Both the position numbers and the translations under genes were made by a program. A stretch of 64,000 bases of DNA from a virus, in the IMG/VR virus record IMGVR_UViG_3300042861_001913; one strand, 5' to 3'. Position 1 is the first letter of the stretch; each line of letters starts with the position of its first letter. The notes below the pieces were generated by a model. It did no database searches and had not been told where the DNA came from. It saw only the letters and a list, made by a program, of their open reading frames with translations. Shown piece by piece: positions 56,168 to 63,181 of the stretch.

Positions 56168-56377
56168 TTATTTAACTACTTCAACTAATTGAACTTCAAC
56201 TAATACTGGTTGGCGCGATTTGTCATTTAGTAATGCTTTTAATACATTACTACTATGATGTTTCATTTTAAAAACACGCGCACTAGATAACTTCTTTGAC
56301 CACCTACCCCATTGTGTTCCTGACGCTCTAGATTGTCGCCAATACTCGCCAGTCAACGAGTCTTTAATTATGTACAT
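56168..56377 (-). CDS. hypothetical protein
   Basis: Co-oriented ORF. Confidence 0.5.
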   Translation of the reverse strand: MYIIKDSLTGEYWRQSRASGTQWGRWSKKLSSARVFKMKHHSSNVLKALLNDKSRQPVLVEVQLVEVVK

Positions 56378-56385
56378 TCAGTTTA

Positions 56386-56649
56386 CTACCAATCATCCAA
56401 CCCCGTAATTCCGACTATCAAATCAACTAATTCATCCTCCGACAACTGGCAGTTAGTTAGTTCAGATTGTTTCAGAATATCATTATCTACAAACCTATGA
56501 AATTTAAAAAGAAGAGTTTCTGCATTTGCAGCACACATTACGTCTTTAAATTCTGTACCATAGTAAATCTTTCCAGTTAAACTCATATCTGAGTTAATAG
56601 TTATATCAGTTAATACGTAACCTTTATATTCGTTCATTTCTAACTCCAA
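56386..56649 (-). CDS. hypothetical protein
   Basis: Co-oriented ORF. Confidence 0.5.
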   Translation of the reverse strand: MELEMNEYKGYVLTDITINSDMSLTGKIYYGTEFKDVMCAANAETLLFKFHRFVDNDILKQSELTNCQLSEDELVDLIVGITGLDDW

Positions 56650-56718
56650 TAACTACAAGTGAACTATTAGTTAATTGAGTTAAGGTACATCAATTAACTA
56701 ATACATAATCTACATCAA

Positions 56719-57006
56719 CTAAACTAATGTGAACTTAGTGAATGTAAGTTTACCATCATTTACATTAGGTACGATAACTTCATCACCTTTAACTAAAGAT
56801 TTAATACCTCGTTTACGCTTACCTATATCAATAGATAACGTATCTTTAATTAACTTAACTTTGCGAGACTTAGTGTAACTCAAGTTAATAGCATTCTCTA
56901 ATTGCTCTCTATTAAGAAGTGCATTAAACTCTTGATATCTTAATGTACAGTTAGCAGGTAGAATGGAAACAATTGCGGCATTTAGATTAAGTGCGAAGTA
57001 AATCAT
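56719..57006 (-). CDS. hypothetical protein
   Basis: Co-oriented ORF. Confidence 0.5.
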   Translation of the reverse strand: MIYFALNLNAAIVSILPANCTLRYQEFNALLNREQLENAINLSYTKSRKVKLIKDTLSIDIGKRKRGIKSLVKGDEVIVPNVNDGKLTFTKFTLV

Positions 57007-57103
57007 GTTATCTCCAGTTAGAATGAGTTAATTGAACAGTAGTTAAATAATGTTAATTAAGTGCATTATAATTGCAACTTAATAAATGAGTTAAAGATGT
57101 TAA

Positions 57104-57268
57104 TCATAACAGATTTAGAATGTCTTTGTATGATGTAGGTTGTTTAACTTGATGTTTGTTTAATTGACGTATAGCAAATCTCCCTAATCTATCAAAAGTG
57201 ACAAAGGTTAAGTTAGTGTTCTCTAAATCAACATCAGGTAAAGTAACTTTAGTAGCCCACTTATTCAT
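57104..57268 (-). CDS. small protein (54 aa, below cut-off) with YxxILxxL tail
   Basis: Hand-translated MNKWATKVTLPDVDLENTNLTFVTFDRLGRFAIRQLNKHQVKQPTSYKDILNLL. Its ATG overlaps the stop of the upstream gene (ATGAATAA). Confidence 0.5.
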   Translation of the reverse strand: MNKWATKVTLPDVDLENTNLTFVTFDRLGRFAIRQLNKHQVKQPTSYKDILNLL

Positions 57269-57533
57269 TTAACTTTCTCCATTGTTCCCAAGCTTCAGGT
57301 AAATATTTTTGTAATGCTTGCCAGTATTCTACTACTTCTGTGTCGGGATAGTAAGTACAAACTTCACAAGCATCTTCATAGTTAAGGAATGTAGTAGCGT
57401 CATTAGGAGAATTACCCCATTCTAAAGTTCCTCTTTTATAATACTTATTTGTTTTAGTATTCTTAACTACATACTTTGAATTTTTAGTCATAGCATAACT
57501 TCTTTTTACAGTTTCAGTTGATTCAATACTCAT
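57261..57533 (-). CDS. hypothetical protein
   Basis: Co-oriented ORF. Confidence 0.5.
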   Translation of the reverse strand: MSIESTETVKRSYAMTKNSKYVVKNTKTNKYYKRGTLEWGNSPNDATTFLNYEDACEVCTYYPDTEVVEYWQALQKYLPEAWEQWRKLNE

Positions 57534-57660
57534 GTAGGTTTTCCTTTACTAATAAGGACTGCCATTTTATACCACTACCGCATATTACACATTGTTCCAT
57601 GTTAAATCCTAAATCCATAGTAGTTACTTAACTTAGTTACCTCGTTAAGTTGAATGTTAA

Positions 57661-57825
57661 TTACACCTTTACTTTCTTGATTGCACGTTTAATTGGTTTA
57701 CTTAATTCAACAGCTTCATCATAAGTTAGAAACTGTTTATCTCCAACTATGAATACTTCACGTAACTCGAATCTATCAACTACAGATGTACCGGGTTTAG
57801 CAGGTCTAGCGAATACGTTACTCAT
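57661..57825 (-). CDS. small hypothetical protein (54 aa, below cut-off)
   Basis: Hand-translated MSNVFARPAKPGTSVVDRFELREVFIVGDKQFLTYDEAVELSKPIKRAIKKVKV, with an AGGAGA RBS. Confidence 0.55.
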   Translation of the reverse strand: MSNVFARPAKPGTSVVDRFELREVFIVGDKQFLTYDEAVELSKPIKRAIKKVKV

Positions 57826-57826
57826 G

Positions 57827-57919
57827 TTATTCTCCTAATATTTTAGAAAGTAAATCAATTACACTGGATAGAAATAATCCAAATAGTGTACCAAGTAAGA
57901 AAATAAATAGTATTGGCAT
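57827..57919 (-). CDS. 30-aa hydrophobic peptide
   Basis: MPILFIFLLGTLFGLFLSSVIDLLSKILGE, with an AGGAGA RBS. Its stop lies 1 nt before the next ATG. Confidence 0.4.
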   Translation of the reverse strand: MPILFIFLLGTLFGLFLSSVIDLLSKILGE

Positions 57920-57929
57920 TGTCAATCTC

Positions 57930-58481
57930 CTAATAAACTAATAGTTCACTATTAAATCGCACTAACTTAAGTAGAGTTAGCAGTTTCCAATCTACAGGAA
58001 ATGACTTGAATCGGAGATCTGTGCGTGATTTAATTTCCATCTGTTTAACCTGTTTCCATTTACGTAACTCCTCAATAACACTATCTTTAATTGGTACATC
58101 TAACCATTTAGATAACTCAATTAATAATTTAAGTGATTCCGTATCAGATGTACATTGAACTACACCTACACTAGATTTATTTCTATGTTGATAAAACGCA
58201 TATTCGCTGGACTTAACTTGAAAACCAAGCCATTGATCATTTCGTTTAACTGCAATGTCTACTTGATATACAGAATCAAGTATGGTGTAATTTTCAACTA
58301 GATACACTTCATCTAATTGAAGTAACTTGAGAATGTTAACTAGATACAACTCTGTTTTCTTACCTTTGTTAACAGCAGCTTTAGTATCGTAATTTGGTCT
58401 AGTAAGTTTAATTTTATCTAGACCATATATCAGATGATCTAGTGTTAACTCGTATGGTTTGTCGGCGATCTTGAAGCTCAT
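57930..58481 (-). CDS. hypothetical protein, possible PD-(D/E)XK-like nuclease (start trimmed)
   Basis: A GAGGA RBS precedes the internal ATG (MSFKIADKPYEL). YQVDIAVKR...FQVKSS is a weak D...(D/E)xK pattern. Confidence 0.35.
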   Translation of the reverse strand: MSFKIADKPYELTLDHLIYGLDKIKLTRPNYDTKAAVNKGKKTELYLVNILKLLQLDEVYLVENYTILDSVYQVDIAVKRNDQWLGFQVKSSEYAFYQHRNKSSVGVVQCTSDTESLKLLIELSKWLDVPIKDSVIEELRKWKQVKQMEIKSRTDLRFKSFPVDWKLLTLLKLVRFNSELLVY

Positions 58482-58561
58482 AACATTGTCCTCTAAATAA
58501 ATTGACCAACAAAGAAAGCGCAACTTAATTGCTGCGCTACCTTAATTGATAATCTATATGG

Positions 58562-58732
58562 TTACTTAAACTTGATATTACTAGTCTCAATCTTCCCCGT
58601 ATGTTCCTCAACTTCAATCTTAGTTTCAGTTACCTTCTCAGGTGGAGTATCTTTATCTGCATAACTACTAGTTGTAGTCTTAACTCCATCTTTAATTACA
58701 ATTTCAATTCCAACTAATCGTTTATCCGACAT
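58562..58732 (-). CDS. small hypothetical protein (56 aa, below cut-off)
   Basis: Hand-translated MSDKRLVGIEIVIKDGVKTTTSSYADKDTPPEKVTETKIEVEEHTGKIETSNIKFK, with an AGGAGA RBS. Confidence 0.5.
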   Translation of the reverse strand: MSDKRLVGIEIVIKDGVKTTTSSYADKDTPPEKVTETKIEVEEHTGKIETSNIKFK

Positions 58733-58854
58733 ACTTATCTCCTAGATAATGTTTAACTAATGTAGTGAACTTTATCTCCAACATTAAATTTACTCATTAT
58801 TCATCTCCTTGTGGTGCTGGTATAGTTGGACTTTCTTCTCCATTACCTCTTTCA

Positions 58855-59202
58855 TCAGGATCTAACTTCATTACGATTCTCCATAGCAAATAATTCATCA
58901 CGAGTTAACTCAACACGATCTAAATCGTTATCATCTACAGTGTCATAGAATAACTTCATAAATTTAGCATTATCAACTTTTAATTTCTCCAATAGCTTAA
59001 GACATTCAGTTATACCTCTAACATAATAGTATTCACCATCAACACGTATTCTGATAGCTATACTTAATATTTTCTTACCATCTTGATCTGTTACTACATT
59101 AATAATTGGTTTCCATGCTGTGTAACGTTTAAGATTAATACCGCCGCATTCAAGTTCAAAATTCTTCATTATACTCCTAATAAGAATCGGTGTGTTCATC
59201 AA
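58855..59202 (-). CDS. hypothetical protein
   Basis: Co-oriented ORF. Confidence 0.5.
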   Translation of the reverse strand: MMNTPILIRSIMKNFELECGGINLKRYTAWKPIINVVTDQDGKKILSIAIRIRVDGEYYYVRGITECLKLLEKLKVDNAKFMKLFYDTVDDNDLDRVELTRDELFAMENRNEVRS

Positions 59203-59238
59203 CTTACTCTTTTTCTTACAATTTGAATGTCTTGTGGT

Positions 59239-59583
59239 TCATACGCTAACATTAATCCTACTATCTGGATATATAACACAAGCACTAAGATAACTACTTA
59301 CGAACTTTACTAAATCCTCATATTTACCCCAACCGTTAGCGGGATTTAACTTCCTGTATTTATCAGGATCACTAATTAATTCAATCAACCCTTCAGCTAG
59401 AGGTTTAATTAACTCACTAGCATTAGTTACTTCTGGATGCCATAAACACTCATACAATCCAGCTAATTCAGCCATTGTATTTAGATTGTGAGTTATGTTA
59501 GCAGTAAACACTTCAGTAGTAGTTACTTCATCAGATACAACTACAACTGGTTCATCTATCGTTAACCAAACATCTAAACTCAT
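59239..59583 (-). CDS. hypothetical protein
   Basis: Co-oriented ORF. Confidence 0.5.
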   Translation of the reverse strand: MSLDVWLTIDEPVVVVSDEVTTTEVFTANITHNLNTMAELAGLYECLWHPEVTNASELIKPLAEGLIELISDPDKYRKLNPANGWGKYEDLVKFVSSYLSACVIYPDSRINVSV

Positions 59584-59749
59584 TCTAATTCCTCCATAAT
59601 TACATCATCGTCATCATCACATGAGAAGAGAAACTCATTATATGATTCCTTGTTAAGTTTAGTTAGAAGAAGACGTGCATCCTCATTGTGTAGTGTGTAC
59701 ATAAACTTAGTTGAACTGTAGTTAAATTACTTAACTACAGTTAGTTATC

Positions 59750-60148
59750 CTATCCTAGTTGTTCCAGCATTTTAATCTTCTCTTCCTTACTTAATTCTTT
59801 AAGTTGTTTAAGGTCATCTTCATGTATTGCTTCTAATAACTGTCGCTTCAGTTGAACCTTATTAGCTAATTTAACTCTAGTTGTTTCACGTTCAACAGCT
59901 TCAAATGTGAGAGTAGCGTAAACATACTTAATTACTTCACGACGTAATTCAAGTTGTTCAGTTAACTGAGATTTAACATCACTTAAACCATCTTCAACTT
60001 GTTCGCGCAATTGACGATTAAGTTCCTTATAAGCTACATCTAAGTCAGGTAACTTACAGTTATATAAGTCTTCAGTAGATATTAATTTACCGTTAACAGA
60101 GTAACGTAATGCTAAACGAACAGACTTTTCAATTAATGTTGCAGTCAT
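59750..60148 (-). CDS. coiled-coil hypothetical protein
   Basis: Heptad-rich, E/K/L-rich. Confidence 0.5.
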   Translation of the reverse strand: MTATLIEKSVRLALRYSVNGKLISTEDLYNCKLPDLDVAYKELNRQLREQVEDGLSDVKSQLTEQLELRREVIKYVYATLTFEAVERETTRVKLANKVQLKRQLLEAIHEDDLKQLKELSKEEKIKMLEQLG

Positions 60149-60210
60149 GAGATTCTCCTAATTGATTGATTAATACACTTTTACTGGATGAGTGTGAACC
60201 ACAGGAACTG

Positions 60211-62196
60211 TTATACCTTAACTCTCATAGTTCTATTACCATTAACTCTAACTACAAAGTTATTACGTAATGTTGAATTAAATCCAACTCCAGATAATTG
60301 GTTACTGCAAGATGGTGTCTTTAACTTATCACCAAGTACATCAAATACCTTACGACTATGCTGAACTAATTCAGACTTAAGATACTCATTAAAGATAGAT
60401 CGAGGATTATCTGAATTAACACATCCTTCTAACATAAAGAGATAGTGTTTTTCACCGATAGCAGTTGTCCAATGATTAGGAGATAAACTAACTAGATTGA
60501 CCTTATGGAATAAATTAGTCTTAATACCCCATATCTCCTTAGATGACACACTAGAACCGCTACTATCAAGTGATTTAACAATAGTAAATCCTTTTAATTT
60601 GTCGAATTTAACAGTAACTACAGGTATTGTCTCTCCACCTCGAAGATTCTTATTATATGCGTAAGAAAAAAGAGTACCATCTATTTCTAATTCAGCAGTA
60701 AATCCGCCATTAGATGTACGAAATGAATAGTTATGAACAAAGTATGTGTATTCACCATCCAGCATTCGGCGGCGATCTATGTGAACTATGTTCTCTACTG
60801 CAACTCCTCTAGGAACGCGTATATCAACGTCCAACGAGCCACCAGTATTTCTACTAACTTTATTATTGTATGCAATCTCACAATAAAGAGGTTCTATACA
60901 ATGAGCATCGAAATCAATAATGTTAGCATTATTATCATTCCATTGAATACTAAACCTACTAACTACATCATCTACACGTCCACCTGCTGCTTTAACTCTC
61001 TCACGCATACTATCAGCATTACCGCCATTGTAAACCCAGCTAAATGAGTTATCCCACTTAAATAATGTAGGTGCTGCACTATCTACAGCAGTTACTAAAC
61101 TAACTAAATTACCACTATGGTGCGATTCAAGTAGTAACTCAACATTAGTAGCACCAGGTAACACATCATTAATAAACTCATCTATGTTAACTTCATCTAA
61201 CTTAACTAATGATTTAGGATTTACAGGAACAGCATCTCTGATGCTATCAAATACATTAGTATTAAGTTTCTGACTACGATTAATAAACAGAGCATTATTA
61301 ATGTTAATATCACTCTCATGACAGAACCTCCTATCTAATGCTGCTTCTAAACCAAGTTCTACAACTAACTTATTAGCTTCCTCTACTTGTTTCTTAGTAG
61401 AGATAACTTGATTAGTTCTCATGTAACTACCGCCAGATACTTTACTCTCGTAAAATCTAATAGCAGCATCTAGATCACGACCATTAGTTAACTCAATTAA
61501 TAAGTCACCTAATGATGTATCATGTAAATCAGTGATGTAAGTATCACAGTTACTCCAACAGTAGTTAACCTTATTAACAGTTAAGTTAGCATACTGTTGT
61601 TGATGACGTAGTAACTCATTTAACTTAGCTTTATTTGATTCACCTCTATATAGTTGATTCTCTGCAATCAATGATAGAAGTGTTTCAGTTGCATCAATAC
61701 TAATGTTATCTAGTATTGAAGTTAATACACTATGTTTAACTCGCTTAAGGTGCATTAATGTATTTTCAGTTAAAAAAGATTGAGTTACTAATGTACTAGG
61801 TAACTCATAATAGAGATGTTGCCATTCTACATCAATAGTTAAACTACGATCTGTACCTAACTTAGATTGTTTAGTTATGAATACATTAGTTATGTTAGAT
61901 TCACTAACTAACTTATCTAATGCAGCTATAACTCCTGCATACATAACGTCATCTACAGTGAAATTCCAAATTGACTTAAGTTGATTGTCTTTAATTGCAA
62001 CTACATTACCATAGTTACGAATAAATGATTTACAACAGTTACAGTTAAATCCTTGACGTTCATCATCAGGAAACGCATTTAAATAAGCATCCCATAACTC
62101 ATTCTTATTAACATCAGTTACATATAACCGAACTTGTTCTTCAATGAGTTTATTGAAGTTACTTTGAAACAATACTTTAAATTCATTAAATTGCAT
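60211..62196 (-). CDS. large hypothetical protein (one of the first large genes of the minus-strand array)
   Basis: 661 codons; N-terminal CNCCKSF Cys cluster; AGGAGA RBS; no family recognised. Confidence 0.6.
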   Translation of the reverse strand: MQFNEFKVLFQSNFNKLIEEQVRLYVTDVNKNELWDAYLNAFPDDERQGFNCNCCKSFIRNYGNVVAIKDNQLKSIWNFTVDDVMYAGVIAALDKLVSESNITNVFITKQSKLGTDRSLTIDVEWQHLYYELPSTLVTQSFLTENTLMHLKRVKHSVLTSILDNISIDATETLLSLIAENQLYRGESNKAKLNELLRHQQQYANLTVNKVNYCWSNCDTYITDLHDTSLGDLLIELTNGRDLDAAIRFYESKVSGGSYMRTNQVISTKKQVEEANKLVVELGLEAALDRRFCHESDININNALFINRSQKLNTNVFDSIRDAVPVNPKSLVKLDEVNIDEFINDVLPGATNVELLLESHHSGNLVSLVTAVDSAAPTLFKWDNSFSWVYNGGNADSMRERVKAAGGRVDDVVSRFSIQWNDNNANIIDFDAHCIEPLYCEIAYNNKVSRNTGGSLDVDIRVPRGVAVENIVHIDRRRMLDGEYTYFVHNYSFRTSNGGFTAELEIDGTLFSYAYNKNLRGGETIPVVTVKFDKLKGFTIVKSLDSSGSSVSSKEIWGIKTNLFHKVNLVSLSPNHWTTAIGEKHYLFMLEGCVNSDNPRSIFNEYLKSELVQHSRKVFDVLGDKLKTPSCSNQLSGVGFNSTLRNNFVVRVNGNRTMRVKV

Positions 62197-62224
62197 AACT
62201 CTAAGTCTCCTAATTGTGTTAACT

Positions 62225-62494
62225 CTAAACTAACTTAATTAACAATGAATAGTTATCACTAAATGTAATAACTATAGTTACATCATCTTCATTAACTATA
62301 GATAAGATAACCTTACCTAAGATATCTGTAAGTGGATAACATCTACTTAACATACCTTTAGATAATGAATAAAACTCATAACTGTAACTTAATGTAGAGT
62401 TAGTTAAGTTAATGAATACTTTATCTTTACTTGCACTAACTCCATCAACAGTATCTCCAATTGCATCATAGTTAACTGCATGATCTAAACTCCT
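62225..62494 (-). CDS. hypothetical ORF with unresolved start
   Basis: An 89-codon open frame reads (...AIGDTVDGVSASKDKVFINLTNSTLSYSYEFYSLSKGMLSRCYPLTDILGKVILSIVNEDDVTIVITFSDNYSLLIKLV) and ends 28 nt before the next gene. The GAGGAG RBS plus ATG at 62481 is in a different frame. Confidence 0.3.
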   Translation of the reverse strand, partial: RSLDHAVNYDAIGDTVDGVSASKDKVFINLTNSTLSYSYEFYSLSKGMLSRCYPLTDILGKVILSIVNEDDVTIVITFSDNYSLLIKLV

Positions 62495-62701
62495 CTAATT
62501 AATGATTACTTACTTAACTCAGTTAACGCTACATAACGTAACTTCATTAACTGAGCATAGAATGGGTTGATCTTACATAGACTTGGAATAGTAACACTAA
62601 ATCCTGCAAACTTAAATGACTTATAATGGACAAGTTACAGGAACTAAAGCAACTATTAATTGAGCTAGTTGTTTCTTACTTAACTAAATATCTCTCTAAT
62701 T

Positions 62702-62727
62702 AAGATACTTAGTATACTAAGATACTT
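62702..62727. promoter_or_regulatory. candidate operator: 14-bp palindrome flanked by a 9-bp direct repeat
   Basis: AAGATACTT at 62702-62710 and 62719-62727. Perfect palindrome CTTAGTATACTAAG at 62708-62721. It lies in the ~0.7-kb non-coding head of the minus-strand array. Confidence 0.25.
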
Positions 62728-62876
62728 CACTAACTCGCCCCTTACACTGTTCTAGGAAATTTAGATAGATCTATCCTAAATACCTAACATTACTACTACT
62801 AGTAGTCTTTTTAACGTTGCGACTTGTTGTTAACTCAGTGCAACTAATTACTTACCATTGATCCTAACTATTGCTA

Positions 62877-63130
62877 GGTGGTGTCACTTGACTTGTCGGG
62901 ACATTACCTGGTATCTCTAGATGTCCGAACATTGTGCAACCGTGATAGTGACCTTCTTTATGTTTTAGCTCTAGAGCCAGGACTTTCACCCTGATCACGG
63001 TGTAGACTACTGGTGTTCTGAGGTGTCTTGATGAGACCCAGTGCCTACGGAATGAGTAAACCCCTTAAACTCATACTCCGCATACCAGCCAATACCGTAA
63101 ACTACGTGACGCAGTATCAAGGGATCTTTC
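62877..63130. other. GC-richer, hairpin-dense non-coding segment at the phage/GC-rich boundary (candidate structured RNA or attachment region)
   Basis: No ORF. Hairpins at 62896-62928 and 63049-63079. A 7-bp closing stem, 62940-46 with 62994-63000, encloses CAGG/CCTG and the palindrome GCTCTAGAGC. Confidence 0.3.
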
Positions 63131-63181
63131 GATATTAGCTAGTAATATCATAACTTAGTTTTTAATAAATTTACAACTAAA

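Noticed and set aside
62500-62660. A 41-codon minus-strand open frame (LVHYKSFKFAGFSVTIPSLCKINPFYAQLMKLRYVALTELSK) ending just before the RBS at 62490.
   Set aside because: It has no start codon until 13 codons before the stop. It is probably a decayed gene remnant in the control region.
2868-62680. Many copies of the iterated word read GGTAAG, the E. coli BREX PglX methylation site. The word also contains GTAAG, which resembles a eukaryotic 5' splice site.
   Set aside because: Enrichment of a defence target would be counter-selected, and only about half the copies have the extra G. Splice-site resemblance is irrelevant in a phage, and copies occur in both orientations relative to transcription. 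I treat both as coincidences.
2868-62680. The iterated word as a by-product of a common peptide motif or of codon bias.
   Set aside because: The copies encode at least five different peptide contexts (FSY, FLT, FL[RP], VRK, [GS]KK) in different frames and on both coding orientations, and several are intergenic. No single protein motif explains them.
62940-63000. Minus-strand GGGTGAAAGTCCTGGC resembles both the RNase P RNA CR-I box (GAGGAAAGTCCGGGC) and the GGTGxAAxTCC element of cobalamin riboswitches. The riboswitch option is tempting given the B12 genes.
   Set aside because: The rest of either consensus is missing. There is no ACAGAA/CGGCUUA CR-V downstream in the right order, no GCCACTG element and no B12 box. 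The element is far too short for RNase P RNA. I kept it only as an unclassified structured segment.
63030-63050. CTTGATGAG resembles the hammerhead ribozyme CUGAUGA box.
   Set aside because: The first core nucleotide differs, and no matching GAAA or cleavage-site helices could be drawn around it.
62877-63181. Possible DGR template repeat located just downstream of the FGE-gene variable region.
   Set aside because: I compared both strands with the VR coding sequence (63200-63330) by eye and found no extended similarity. No reverse transcriptase or Avd ORF is present between the gene and the phage DNA.
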